A DNA stretch of 64,000 bases, taken from assembly GCA_021823325.1 (NCBI GenBank), contig JAKAOG010000002.1, positions 72,651 through 136,650 on the forward strand, read 5' to 3'. Position 1 is the first letter of the stretch. Every line of letters begins with the position of its first letter. The position numbers and the translations under genes are program-made. Positions 26,497 to 36,537 of the stretch are shown one piece after another. This stretch comes from an archaeon (GTDB lineage Archaea; Thermoproteota; Nitrososphaeria; Nitrososphaerales; Gagatemarchaeaceae). The notes under the pieces are model-generated. The model did not search any database, was not told where the DNA came from, and worked only from the letters and a program-made list of their open reading frames with translations.

Positions 26497-28332
26497 GTGC
26501 TGTCGATGGTACACCGTATCGCCGTGGTCGAGACCGACCTTTGTCAGAGCAAGAAGTGCGGGCTCGAGTGCATCAAGGAGTGCCCGGTCAACATCAACGG
26601 CCAGGAGTGCATAACCCTCCCCGGGAGCAAGATCGCTCTCGTGTCAGAGGAGCTCTGCATCGGGTGCGGCATCTGCGTCAAGGTCTGCCCCTTCGACGCC
26701 ATAGACATACTGAACCTCAGCGAGGAGCTGAAGAGCGACAAGATCCACCAGTACGGGGTAAACTCGTTCCGGGTGTTCCGCATCCCCACCGTCAGGAAGG
26801 GCCAGGTGGTGGGGCTGGTCGGGAGGAACGGCATCGGCAAGTCCACCACCCTCAAGATACTCGCCGGTCAGCTCGTCCCTAACCTGGGGGACTACGAGAC
26901 GCAGCCGACGTGGGACAGGTTCATCCAGTACCTGAGCGGACGCGAGATGAAGGAGCACTTCGAAAGGATAGCCGACGGAGAGCTGAGGGTGTCGCTCAAG
27001 CCCCAGGCGGTGTACAAGCTCCCCGAGGCGTGGAAGAAGGAGACGCGGCTCCTTCTCCGGCAGATGGACGAGACGGGGAGGATGGAGGAGGTGGTGGGCA
27101 CCCTCAACCTGAAGGAGACCCTCGACAAGAAGGTCCCGGACCTCAGCGGGGGGGAGCTGCAGAGGGTCGCGGTCGCGGCGGCGGCCCTGAAGGAGGCGGA
27201 CCTCTACCTCTTCGACGAGCCCTCGTCATACAACGACGTCTTCCAGAGGCTCGCGGTCTCGAAGCTCATCGGAGACATAGCCGAGAGAGGCAAGTCCGTC
27301 CTGGTGGTCGAGCACGACATCGCTTTCCTTGACTACGTTACCGACTACGTCCAGATAATCTACGGGGAGCCGGGAGCATACGGGATAGTCTCGGGGCTCT
27401 ACTCTTCGAGGACGGGCATCAACTCCCTCCTCGACGGCTACCTCCCGCAGGAGAACGTCAGGTTCAGGGACCACGCGGTGACGTTCGGCCAGAGGGCGGC
27501 CGGAGAGACCGTGGAGAGCGAAGATGTGGTGGCGAAGTACAGCGGGCTCGCAAAGTCGTTCAAGTCGTTCAAGCTCACGGCCGAGGGGGGCCAGATCAAC
27601 GCGGGGACGATCCTCGGGGTGGTGGGCGCCAACGCGCTCGGGAAGACCACGTTCCTGAAGATGCTGGCCGGGGAGGAGAAGCCGACGAAGGGGACGGTCC
27701 ACGTCGACGCCAAGGTCGCGTACAAGCCGCAGTACCTCAGCTCTGACTTCGACGGTACGGTGGACGAGTTCTTCATGTCGACGCTCGGGAACAAGTACGG
27801 CGACCCCATCCTGCAGGACAACCTGGTCGTCCCGCTCAGGCTGGAGAAGCTCCTCGCCAGGAAGGTCGGGGAGCTGAGCGGTGGCGAGCTCCAAAAGGTG
27901 GCCATAGTCGCGACGATGGCCCAGGAGACAGAGGTCTACGCCCTGGACGAGCCGTCGGCGTTCCTGGACGTGGAGGACAGGTTCGTGGTAGCCAGGGCGA
28001 TCAACAGGATGGTGAAAACCCGGGGGAAGGCCGCAGTCGTCATCGACCACGACCTGCAGGTGGTCGACATAGTCTCGGACAGGCTACTCGTCTTCACGGG
28101 GGAGCCCGGCGTCTCCGGGGAGGCGACGTCCCCTCTCACGAAGGAGGACGGGATGAACGAGTTCCTGAAGAAGGTCGGGCTGACGTACAGGAGGGACGTG
28201 AACACGGGGAGGCCCAGGGTGAACAAGCCCGGGAGCAAGCTCGACAGGGAGCAGAAAGAGAAGGGGGACTACTACTACGTCCCGGTAGAGGCCGCCCCCG
28301 AACAGCCCCCCGACGACGAGCCGAAGAGATAG
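26497..28332 (+). CDS. Ribosome recycling ATPase ABCE1/RLI
   Basis: N-terminal Fe-S cysteines, two ABC domains (GRNGIGKS, GANALGKT) and LSGGELQ twice. Confidence 0.97.
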   Translation: MLSMVHRIAVVETDLCQSKKCGLECIKECPVNINGQECITLPGSKIALVSEELCIGCGICVKVCPFDAIDILNLSEELKSDKIHQYGVNSFRVFRIPTVRKGQVVGLVGRNGIGKSTTLKILAGQLVPNLGDYETQPTWDRFIQYLSGREMKEHFERIADGELRVSLKPQAVYKLPEAWKKETRLLLRQMDETGRMEEVVGTLNLKETLDKKVPDLSGGELQRVAVAAAALKEADLYLFDEPSSYNDVFQRLAVSKLIGDIAERGKSVLVVEHDIAFLDYVTDYVQIIYGEPGAYGIVSGLYSSRTGINSLLDGYLPQENVRFRDHAVTFGQRAAGETVESEDVVAKYSGLAKSFKSFKLTAEGGQINAGTILGVVGANALGKTTFLKMLAGEEKPTKGTVHVDAKVAYKPQYLSSDFDGTVDEFFMSTLGNKYGDPILQDNLVVPLRLEKLLARKVGELSGGELQKVAIVATMAQETEVYALDEPSAFLDVEDRFVVARAINRMVKTRGKAAVVIDHDLQVVDIVSDRLLVFTGEPGVSGEATSPLTKEDGMNEFLKKVGLTYRRDVNTGRPRVNKPGSKLDREQKEKGDYYYVPVEAAPEQPPDDEPKR

Positions 28333-28384
28333 CGGCGTTTACATCGTAGCAAGGCCGGGCGCCTTAGCGTGGCGGTGAGAGCGG

Positions 28385-29212
28385 TTGCCGCGGCTGATTA
28401 GGTCCGCCCTGGCGAGGGCAGGGGTCGCAGACCCCGAAAGGGTCTCGTCCGGCGTAGACGTGGTAGGAGACATAGCCATCGTGAGGCTTGACGGATTCTC
28501 GCAGAAGGAGAAGAGGAAGATAGGAGAGGCGCTCATCGCGGAGATGAAGACGGTGAAGGTCGTCATGGAGCAGGAGGGCGGGATAGGCGGGGAGTACAGG
28601 CTCCGCACCCTCAAGCACGTCGCCGGGGAGAAGAGGACGCTCACCACCCACAGGGAGAACGGGTGCTCCTTCAAGGTCGACGTGGTGAAGACGTACTTCT
28701 CACCGAGGCTCTCCACAGAGAGGCTCAGGGTAGCCGGAGAGGTCGGGTCGGGGGAGAGGGTGCTCAACATGTTCGCAGGGGTGGGACCGTTCTCGATCGT
28801 CATAGCGAAGCTGGCCGGAGCGAGGGTGACGAGCTGCGAGCTGAACGCCTACGCCGCCAGGCTCCACGAAGAGAACGACAGGGTGAACAAGGTCCAGGGG
28901 CTGGTCGACGTGGTCAACGCCGACGCGGCTGAGCTCCCGTCGCTCGTCAAGGCGAAGTTCGACCGCGTGCTCATGCCGCACCCTTCCGAGGCGGACAGGT
29001 TCCTCCCGGCTGCGCTGGAGCTCGCAAAGAAACGCGGGAGGCTGGTCTACTACAGGCATGTGCTCGGCTCCGACGAGGGTGAAGCGGCCGAAGAGCTGCG
29101 AAAGGAGCTGAAGCGGCTGCTCCCGACAGGCTCGAAGGCTTCGCTGCGACGGGTGAGGGACGTGGGGCCGAGGTGGATCGAGATGGCCGCCGAGATCAGG
29201 CTCCCCGTCTAG
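28385..29212 (+). CDS. Trm5/Taw2-family SAM-dependent tRNA-modifying enzyme
   Basis: DVVGDIAI, HRENG, YFSPRLSTER and MFAGVGPF motifs. Confidence 0.88.
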   Translation: MPRLIRSALARAGVADPERVSSGVDVVGDIAIVRLDGFSQKEKRKIGEALIAEMKTVKVVMEQEGGIGGEYRLRTLKHVAGEKRTLTTHRENGCSFKVDVVKTYFSPRLSTERLRVAGEVGSGERVLNMFAGVGPFSIVIAKLAGARVTSCELNAYAARLHEENDRVNKVQGLVDVVNADAAELPSLVKAKFDRVLMPHPSEADRFLPAALELAKKRGRLVYYRHVLGSDEGEAAEELRKELKRLLPTGSKASLRRVRDVGPRWIEMAAEIRLPV

Positions 29213-30564
29213 AACGGAAGGCTCTGGCTGTACCTGTACAGGTGGGCTATGACCCCGAAGGTCACCAGGACCGCCCCGCTGTCGAAGAGCGTCATGTTCT
29301 TGAGGCCACTTGAAATCGCCTCCGCTGCGAGGCCGTTGATGGCGACCTGAGCGAGGATGAGGACGACGAACAGGATGTACACCCACTTTCTCGACAGGAT
29401 GGGTCCCATGGGGGCGGCCGCCTTCCTGACCCCCTCCTTCTGCTTGATGTATCTGAGGAACGCGTAGGTCCCGATGAAGCACAGCGCGGTCACCACGAGC
29501 ATCGAGGCGAAGTATGACGCCGGGTCTACGTAGAGCCTCTGCAGAGTCGTGAGGCTGGTGTTGGGGTTGACATAGAAGCCCCACGCGGTGGTGACGAGCA
29601 CCTGGGCGATGGTGGTTATGCCGAGGGCGGTGAAGAAGGGCCTGTCCTTCCAGTTCAGCTTCTTGGAGGTGTCGACGAACGGGACGACTATGGCCATCAG
29701 GAAGAACAGCGCAGGTATGAGGCCGCCCATGACGAACTTGTCGAAGAAGGTTCGGAGCAGCGCGTAGATCCCCACGAGATACCACTCGGGGATCGTCAGC
29801 TGTGGGTTGCTGGGGCTGTATGGGACGTTCAGAGCCACCGGGAAGATGGCTGCGACGAGCAGGAGCCCCCCGACCACCGTCGAGATGACAGGGAGGTCGA
29901 ACACCAGGTATCTCGGGAAGTGGATAAACACCAGTATCAGCATTATCATAGGCAAGACGAAGACGTGATAGGCGTAGAGCCTGAGGATGAAGTCGGTGAA
30001 CCCGGACCCGAAGACGGCAAGGCGCAGGTTTCCTCCGATGACAGGCGAAGCGTTCGCCAGCGACGCCCCTATCTCTATGGCGAGGCCGGCCCTCTGATTG
30101 AACAGCAGGTCATAGCCGCTGAACGCCTCCAGCCCCGTGATGATCCCGAGGATGACCCCGGTCACCCAGAGGATCTCGTTCTTGATCTTGAACCTGCCGC
30201 TGAAGTACTGATAATAGAGGTGCAGGATGGCGAGCAGGACCATCGCGTTGGAAGCGGTGTAGTGTATGTTCCTGAGCATGTACCCGAAAGGCACGGAGTT
30301 GTTGATGTTCTGGACGCTGTTGAAGGCGCAGGTGATGCTCCCGCAGCCGTTGAGGGTGGGCTGATAGTAGATCATCAGGAACCCTCCTGTGACCCCGAGG
30401 ACCAGGAACGTGATCCCCGTCAGGACCCCCAGGTACCCAAGCGGGCTGACGAAGCGCCTCGGGTACGTGTACTGGATCCCCATCCAGACCGTCCTGGCGA
30501 GGCCGTCGTAGATCCAGCGGTAGAGCCTCGAGAGGACGCCCTTCCGCTCAGGCGCCTGGGTCAA
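29209..30564 (-). CDS. petB: Cytochrome b of bc-type complex III
   Basis: Heme His pairs (RNIH...LHL; AYH...FIHF), PEWY motif and extra C-terminal TMs. Confidence 0.95.
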   Translation of the reverse strand: MTQAPERKGVLSRLYRWIYDGLARTVWMGIQYTYPRRFVSPLGYLGVLTGITFLVLGVTGGFLMIYYQPTLNGCGSITCAFNSVQNINNSVPFGYMLRNIHYTASNAMVLLAILHLYYQYFSGRFKIKNEILWVTGVILGIITGLEAFSGYDLLFNQRAGLAIEIGASLANASPVIGGNLRLAVFGSGFTDFILRLYAYHVFVLPMIMLILVFIHFPRYLVFDLPVISTVVGGLLLVAAIFPVALNVPYSPSNPQLTIPEWYLVGIYALLRTFFDKFVMGGLIPALFFLMAIVVPFVDTSKKLNWKDRPFFTALGITTIAQVLVTTAWGFYVNPNTSLTTLQRLYVDPASYFASMLVVTALCFIGTYAFLRYIKQKEGVRKAAAPMGPILSRKWVYILFVVLILAQVAINGLAAEAISSGLKNMTLFDSGAVLVTFGVIAHLYRYSQSLPF

Positions 30565-31598
30565 GTTATCGGGACCCCCTCGTCCTTCGGGTCGAGCGGT
30601 ATCTTCGCCGCCGGCAGGATGAAGTTCTGGTAGCTGGCGTAGTCCCTACCGTAGCCGATCGTCCCGTCTGCTTCTATGGGGTCCAAAGAGACGATGTTGG
30701 CGGTCCCGTTGCTCACCGTCGTCTTCGTAGGGTCCGCGTTGGGGAGAAAGATCCAAAGGTCTCCGTTCGCGTCGGCCTGGAGAGTGAGCAGGGGGATGGC
30801 GTTCTGAGGGAACGCCTGAAGGGAGGCCGGTCCCGCGATCGCCTTGCCTCCGTCGACTAGGTTCCCGCTGGCGTCCTTCTGCGGGAGCTGGTAGATGCTC
30901 CCGTGGCAGGGGCATTCGTACTGCATGTGGTTGGACGCTCCTGGCTGGTAACCGTTCTCCGTCGGATCGATGCTCTGTGTGGGGTTGTAGTTGGGGCTGC
31001 ACCAGAGGTGGACGCAGACCTTGCTGTAGGCGACGAAGTCTGACGCCTTCTTGCTGTCCCCTCCCAGCTCCTTCGGGAGCCTGATCAGCTCGAACTTCTG
31101 GAACGTGTCTGGGTTTTCAGCGTCGACGGTGGGGTCTCCGGAGGTAGGGTATGTGATCACCCAATGGTCGTTCGGGGGGAAGGTGACGAGGTCGTTGATG
31201 TTGGCGGTCTGGCCCGCGGCGGCCCCGTACTTGCTCGGGAGGTCGTCGACGACCACCTTTTGCACCAGGGTCTGCTGGGCGGAGCCTGTCCTGATCGTCG
31301 AAGAGAGATACTGTCCCCACGGGACGAACGGGATTATCGAAAGCACGGCGCCCGCGAGGAAAGCGAGCTTGACGAACGTCCTCCTCCCCGAGCTCTGCTG
31401 GGCGGGCTTGGACGGCGGCAAGGGGGGTGGCGCAGACCTCGGCGGCAGCGGAGCGGGCCTGGGCGGAAGGGGCGGAGCTGCGGCCGCCGGCATAGCGGGG
31501 CGCGGCGGGACAGGCGCGGGGGCAACGGGGACGGGCGTCTTCTTCTCCTCTGTAGATGCGGCGTTCTGGGAGGCCTTTTCCTTTGATTCCTCCGCCAT
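30561..31598 (-). CDS. petC: Rieske 2Fe-2S protein of complex III
   Basis: CVHLWC and CPCHGS boxes; twin-Arg RRTFVK after a Pro-rich N-terminus. Confidence 0.95.
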   Translation of the reverse strand: MAEESKEKASQNAASTEEKKTPVPVAPAPVPPRPAMPAAAAPPLPPRPAPLPPRSAPPPLPPSKPAQQSSGRRTFVKLAFLAGAVLSIIPFVPWGQYLSSTIRTGSAQQTLVQKVVVDDLPSKYGAAAGQTANINDLVTFPPNDHWVITYPTSGDPTVDAENPDTFQKFELIRLPKELGGDSKKASDFVAYSKVCVHLWCSPNYNPTQSIDPTENGYQPGASNHMQYECPCHGSIYQLPQKDASGNLVDGGKAIAGPASLQAFPQNAIPLLTLQADANGDLWIFLPNADPTKTTVSNGTANIVSLDPIEADGTIGYGRDYASYQNFILPAAKIPLDPKDEGVPIT

Positions 31599-31718
31599 CA
31601 GATATCCACAGACGGGGGCGCTTGGAGACGTTTTTTAGGGTTCGGTTTCGTTGGATGAATTCCCCCCGCGCCCGAAAATCCTTAAAACCAATCTGGAAAG
31701 AAGCCGGTTTTGTCCGAT

Positions 31719-32651
31719 ATGAGCGCAAAGGGCTCGACCGCGGTTGGAGTTATAGTCGCCCTGCTTATCATCGGAGCTGTCGGCGTCATCGGGTTCTACC
31801 AGTTCGAAGTCGCGCCGAGCCAGCTGTTGACGATCACCACGACGACGAGCTCGTCGGCAGGAGTCAACTGCCAGACCAGCCCCTCGGAGTGCGTCAACGT
31901 GACAATGATCTCAGGGGCCAGCTCGCCCTACTCTGGATACGCTTCCGGGAGCACTCAGCTCTACGGATACTCCCCCCTGACTCTGACCGTCGTGATAGGG
32001 GTCAACAACACCGTCGTCTTCACGAACCAGGACGTGGCGTTCCACACCGCCACCTCCAACACCGGCGACCCGGCGTCGTTCGACAGCGGGTGCATCAACG
32101 GCCAGGGAGCGACATGTCCCTCGAGCGGGGCAAGCAGCTACCAGTTCACCTTCACCGTGGCTGGGACCTACCTTTACCACTGCGACTATCACCCGTGGAT
32201 GCAGGGGAAGATCATAGTGATCCAGGGCTCAGGCGCGAGCCCGACCCCCAGCGCCGGCTCGACCACGACCTCGGCTGCGAGCAGCTCCGCTTCAGCTTCG
32301 TCGTCCGCCGTGCAGGCGACGATCGTTTCGGGAGCGTCCGTCCCGTACTCGGGCTACAGCTCGGGGAGCACGCAGCTCTATGGTTACAGCCCGGTGAACA
32401 TCACGGTGGTCATCGGGGTCAACAACACCGTGACATGGACGAACATGGACTCCTCATTCCACACCGTGACTTCGGTGAGCGGCGACCCGGCGTCGTTCGA
32501 CAGCGGGTGCCTTAACGGGGTCGGCGCCTCATGCCCTGGGACGTCTGCCGGCAACTCGTTCACCTACACCTTCACCGTCCCTGGCACGTACGTCTACCAC
32601 TGCAGCTATCACCCCTGGATGAGGGGTGAAGTGACAGTGCTTGCCGCCTAG
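31719..32651 (+). CDS. Membrane-anchored protein with two tandem type-1 blue-copper (plastocyanin-like) domains
   Basis: N-terminal TM; two FHT...YHCxYHPWMxG ligand sets; Ser/Thr linkers. Confidence 0.92.
   Translation: MSAKGSTAVGVIVALLIIGAVGVIGFYQFEVAPSQLLTITTTTSSSAGVNCQTSPSECVNVTMISGASSPYSGYASGSTQLYGYSPLTLTVVIGVNNTVVFTNQDVAFHTATSNTGDPASFDSGCINGQGATCPSSGASSYQFTFTVAGTYLYHCDYHPWMQGKIIVIQGSGASPTPSAGSTTTSAASSSASASSSAVQATIVSGASVPYSGYSSGSTQLYGYSPVNITVVIGVNNTVTWTNMDSSFHTVTSVSGDPASFDSGCLNGVGASCPGTSAGNSFTYTFTVPGTYVYHCSYHPWMRGEVTVLAA
32063..32510 (+). repeat. Internal duplication in the cupredoxin gene: identical 31-nt block at 32063-32093 and 32480-32510
   Basis: CGGCGACCCGGCGTCGTTCGACAGCGGGTGC occurs twice, 417 nt apart, within similar flanks. 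Confidence 0.85.
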
Positions 32652-32683
32652 AGCGCAAACGCCACTACCGTACCTCCAGGAGC

Positions 32684-33256
32684 TCAGCTTCGGCCCGCGA
32701 GCGCCGCCCTCGCCAGCAGCTTCGCCAGCCTGACCGGCTCCGGCACAGAACCCTGCAGGGTGAAGGCGTCGAGCACCTTCTTCGCCTCCGGCGTCTCCAG
32801 CCCCGAAGCCCTGATGAACACCCTCTTCCCTGTCTTCAACGCCACCGAGGTCCTCTTGCCGAGCTTCCGGTAGGCGTCCAGCTTCGGTCCCGCCGCGCCA
32901 GGGAAGTGCCTTCTGATCGACTCCTCTATTCCCGACGTCTCCTTGTAGGTCAGGCACACGACCGGGAGCCGCGTCCGCGCCGAAAGGCCGTCCACGTCGA
33001 CTATGTTGTACAGGCTGAGTATCGCCCCGGACACGACTATCACGTTTACGTCGTTCCGTGCGAGACGACGGTATAGAGAGGCGATAGAGCCTGTCGCGTC
33101 GTCGCCCCCCACGCTCGTCCGCCCGAAGGCGACCCCGTCGACGACCAGGTCGCCCCTCATCACGACCCCCGCGAGCACCGACCTCTTCTGGCCGTGCCGG
33201 AAGCTCTCAGCGACCCCCAGGGCCCTGATCCCGGGCTTGCCCAGGTTGACCTTCAA
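32684..33256 (-). CDS. DUF99 family protein (endonuclease V-like fold)
   Basis: IRALGVAESF, GGDDAT, YNIVD and VPEPVRLA motifs. Confidence 0.88.
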   Translation of the reverse strand: MKVNLGKPGIRALGVAESFRHGQKRSVLAGVVMRGDLVVDGVAFGRTSVGGDDATGSIASLYRRLARNDVNVIVVSGAILSLYNIVDVDGLSARTRLPVVCLTYKETSGIEESIRRHFPGAAGPKLDAYRKLGKRTSVALKTGKRVFIRASGLETPEAKKVLDAFTLQGSVPEPVRLAKLLARAALAGRS

Positions 33257-33272
33257 CGGCGGGACGGACGGG

Positions 33273-34115
33273 TTAGTACTCTTCGAACCTTCCGGTCTTG
33301 CGAGAGAGGGACTCGAACGCCGAGAAGAGGCTGAATCCCACGATGAGGACCACGAGGCCGTCGAGCGCCTCCCAGCCGAGGACAGGCAGCAGCGCCTGCA
33401 GGGACGCCCCCGAGATGGCCATCCTCACAGCTTCGGTCCCATACGTGAGCGGTATCACCCAGGCGACAGGCTGGAGCCATACGGGGAGCTCCGACACGGG
33501 GAAGTTGACCCCGCTGAGGAGCAGGGTGACGAAGAGGAATATGTTCGCCACTATGAGCGCGGTCCTCATGTATAGCCCTACGGCGCTGATGAGCAGCCCG
33601 AAGCTGATCATCGCGACGCTGGTGAGGATCACCACCAGCGCGACGCCCGCGAAGTCTGCCTGCGCGAAAGAGACGCCGAAGACGGTGCCGGCGTAGAGCA
33701 GCCCCGCGGCGGCTATGAGGGCCGAGAGAAGGACCTGGAACCATGCGCGCCCTATGAACAGGGCCATCCTGTTCGCTGGGGTGACGAGCGTGCTCGGGAG
33801 GGTACCCTGCCACTTGTCTTGGGACGTGATGTTGGCCACGGCGAACACTGCGGAGAACGACATCGACTGCAGCGCGTTCCCGATGACTATGAACTGCGTG
33901 ACCGAGGAAGGGTACTTCAGGTAGACAGAGAGGAAAGCGAAGAACCCGATCTGCGCGATGGGGGTGATGAAGATCTGCATCACCCACATGTCCCAGCTGT
34001 CCCAGATGATCAGCCCCTTGCGGCCGAAGAAGAAGGCGCCCCTGAACACCCTCCAGGCCATCTGCAGCCTCGAGTCTGCGCTCAGGAGCCCGCTCTTCCC
34101 GTCAGTACTCTTCAA
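33273..34115 (-). CDS. ABC-2 type exporter permease
   Basis: 6 TM; GTL...TP and SGVNFPV..LP.WL motifs. Confidence 0.9.
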   Translation of the reverse strand: MKSTDGKSGLLSADSRLQMAWRVFRGAFFFGRKGLIIWDSWDMWVMQIFITPIAQIGFFAFLSVYLKYPSSVTQFIVIGNALQSMSFSAVFAVANITSQDKWQGTLPSTLVTPANRMALFIGRAWFQVLLSALIAAAGLLYAGTVFGVSFAQADFAGVALVVILTSVAMISFGLLISAVGLYMRTALIVANIFLFVTLLLSGVNFPVSELPVWLQPVAWVIPLTYGTEAVRMAISGASLQALLPVLGWEALDGLVVLIVGFSLFSAFESLSRKTGRFEEY

Positions 34116-34944
34116 GGGTCCCCATCTTCTTGGCGTACGCCTCGACCCGTTTGAAAAGGAAGAAGGCCAGCGCGAGATAGGCGAACGTCTCCGCCACCAT
34201 GATGGTCATGTCCACCGTGTAAGTCGTGGGGAGCCCGACGTAGCCCGGTAGCGCGGCGAGCCTGATGGCCTCGATCCCCCAGGTGGGGGCGAGCATGAAC
34301 GCGAACGGGAGATACACCACCGGGAGGAGGATGACCGGGAACATGGTGCCCGTCGCGATGTACACCGGGATTTCCATCGAGTTCGTGATGAACCCGCCCT
34401 TCCTGGAAAGGAGGAGGATGGTCGTCATGAGCAGCCCGAACGCGGAGAGCGACAGGAAGGTCATGATGGACGCGAAGAAGAAGGCGGGGGGGTTGACGAG
34501 GGTGAAGCCGACCCTGAACCAGACCAGCCCGATGACCAGGATGAAGACGGCGTTGAGCACCCCCTGCAGGGTGTTGAAGAGCACCCGCCCTAGGGCGATC
34601 CAGGAGAGAGGGATGGGCGCCGCCAGCGTGGACTCCATCGTCCCGTTCCACCTGTCGAACCCGATGGAGTTCGCCGAGGCATAGATGGTGGTCCCCCACA
34701 TCCCCATCAACCCCGAGCCCAGGACGAGGTAGAGGAGGAACGAGCTCCCCGACGTCTGGCCGCTGAAGAGGAAGAACGCCACCAGCGTGAATATGAACGG
34801 CGCGATGATGTTCGGTATCAGCCACTGGGGGTCGGCGAAGAAGAGCTTGCTGGTGAGGAAGACCGAAGCCCTCAGCACCTGGATCACCCTCCCGACCCGG
34901 CCCTGGGTCTGTTTCCCCGGGGTCAGCTCGTGCATCGTCGCCAC
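34102..34944 (-). CDS. ABC-2 type exporter permease
   Basis: 6 TM; DRWNGTME..LAAP and GTMFPV..LP motifs. Confidence 0.9.
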   Translation of the reverse strand: MATMHELTPGKQTQGRVGRVIQVLRASVFLTSKLFFADPQWLIPNIIAPFIFTLVAFFLFSGQTSGSSFLLYLVLGSGLMGMWGTTIYASANSIGFDRWNGTMESTLAAPIPLSWIALGRVLFNTLQGVLNAVFILVIGLVWFRVGFTLVNPPAFFFASIMTFLSLSAFGLLMTTILLLSRKGGFITNSMEIPVYIATGTMFPVILLPVVYLPFAFMLAPTWGIEAIRLAALPGYVGLPTTYTVDMTIMVAETFAYLALAFFLFKRVEAYAKKMGTLEEY

Positions 34945-35933
34945 TACTCTTCCACCAGCCTGAGGTACGCGTCCTCGAGGGTCGGCTCCTTTATCGTCCT
35001 GTCGATGATCCTCGCACCAGCGGGAAGCGCCGCGGTGACCTTCGGGAGCAGGTCGGCTCCCAGCGGGGTCTGGACGCGGATGGTCTGCTGCTCGGAGTCG
35101 AGGTCGGCGACGACCCTCACCACGTTCGGAAGCTTCCTCAGGGCTTCCACGTAGTCCATGGTGGCCTCGAATGTCCTGAGCTCTATGACAGAGATGTCCC
35201 TGACCATGTTCTTCAGCTCGGAGGGCGTGTCCAGGGCCACTATCTTCCCCTTGGATATGACAGCGATGCGCTGGCAGAGCTCCTCTGCCTCGAACATGTA
35301 GTGCGTCGTGAGCAGTATCGTCTTCCCCTGGGCCTTCAGGTCTCTGACCATGTTGCGGATGTCGCGGGCGCCTCCGGGGTCGAGGCCGATGGTCGGCTCG
35401 TCCAGGAATATGAGCTCAGGGTCGTGCACGAGCGCCTTCGCTATGTGGAGGCGCTGCTTCATCCCCCTGGAGTACTTCTCCACCTTCTCCTGGGCGCGGT
35501 CAGAAAGGCCGACCACTTCGAGCAGCTCCGGGATCCGTTTTCTCGCGACCGACGAGTCGACCCCGTAGAGGTCCGAGAAATAACGCAAGTTGTCCACCGC
35601 GGAGACCCTGTTGTACAGGCCCCTCTCTCCGCCGAACACTATTCCGATGCGCCTCCTGATTTCATAGAGGTCCTTCCTGACGTCAAGCCCGAGGATCCTC
35701 GCGTCACCCCCCGTCGGCGTGAGCAGGGTGGTCAGGATCTTGATCGTGGTGGTCTTTCCCGCCCCGTTCGGACCGATGAGCCCGAAGAGCTCCCCGTTCG
35801 CCACTTCGAAGTCTATCCCGGAAAGGGCCGAAGTCGTCCTGGCGACCCCTCCGAAGAAGTTGCGCGTGACATACTCCCGAGTGAGCCCCTTGACGCTGAT
35901 CGCGGGTCCAAGAGGTTTTTGCAATTCCTGCAT
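34944..35933 (-). CDS. ABC exporter ATP-binding protein (DrrA-like)
   Basis: GPNGAGKT, YSRGMKQR, LDEPT and TTH motifs. Confidence 0.95.
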   Translation of the reverse strand: MQELQKPLGPAISVKGLTREYVTRNFFGGVARTTSALSGIDFEVANGELFGLIGPNGAGKTTTIKILTTLLTPTGGDARILGLDVRKDLYEIRRRIGIVFGGERGLYNRVSAVDNLRYFSDLYGVDSSVARKRIPELLEVVGLSDRAQEKVEKYSRGMKQRLHIAKALVHDPELIFLDEPTIGLDPGGARDIRNMVRDLKAQGKTILLTTHYMFEAEELCQRIAVISKGKIVALDTPSELKNMVRDISVIELRTFEATMDYVEALRKLPNVVRVVADLDSEQQTIRVQTPLGADLLPKVTAALPAGARIIDRTIKEPTLEDAYLRLVEE

Positions 35934-36046
35934 GTGCTATGTTTCAAGGTGGCCCGGATGGTATGAAAAGGCTTCTTCAGTGAATCGACGACGAAACGGG
36001 AGTTCCATGAAACTGTCCGTTCTCCTCCGCGGCGTCTACCCTTTTA

Positions 36047-36472
36047 TTGACTCGCGGAAGCGCCGGGGGGTTGGCAAAGATATTCAACCTGAAGTCCGGG
36101 TCGAAGCTCCCAGAAGCTGTGGTCTCGCTTGCGGCGAAAGAGAAGATATCGACGGCGCTCCTCTCCGCGATAGGCGGCGTGGACGAGCTGCGCGTCGCGT
36201 ACTTCAACCACGGCACGAAGAAGTACGAAGACCACGATTACCACGAAGAGCTCGAAGTGACGAGCCTGCTCGGGAACGTCACAGTCAAGGACGGGAAGCC
36301 CTTCGTCCATCTGCACGGGACGTTCGGGAGGAGGGACATGTCAGTGATCGGAGGGCACGTCGTGTCAGCGACGGTTCATCCTCTCCTGGAGCTCGTGGTG
36401 ACCCCGACGACCAACAAGGCGGTCAGGCGGTTCGACGAGAGCGTCGGGCTGAACGTGATTTACAAGACGTAA
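36047..36472 (+). CDS. PPC/DUF296 domain protein
   Basis: AIGG, EVTSLLGNV, HLH and GGHV motifs. Start may be TTG 36071. Confidence 0.9.
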   Translation: MTRGSAGGLAKIFNLKSGSKLPEAVVSLAAKEKISTALLSAIGGVDELRVAYFNHGTKKYEDHDYHEELEVTSLLGNVTVKDGKPFVHLHGTFGRRDMSVIGGHVVSATVHPLLELVVTPTTNKAVRRFDESVGLNVIYKT

Positions 36473-36473
36473 T

Positions 36474-36537
36474 GGAGCTCAGTCTAATGCCTTCAGGACA
36501 TTTGGACCTTCCCGTAACTCTGTTACTTCATCGCTCC
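36474..36537 (-). ncRNA. Putative k-turn / box C/D-like small RNA
   Basis: Terminal stem GGAGC/GCTCC, C-like box ATGAAGT, D box CTGA, 64 nt long, with its own TTATAA (36560-36565) 22 nt upstream. Confidence 0.6.

Noticed and set aside
36474..36537. Hammerhead ribozyme reading of the three-way-junction-like sRNA
   Set aside because: The core deviates from CUGANGA/GAAA/UH (it has CGAUGAA, GGGAAG, UGA). A k-turn/C-D reading fits better.
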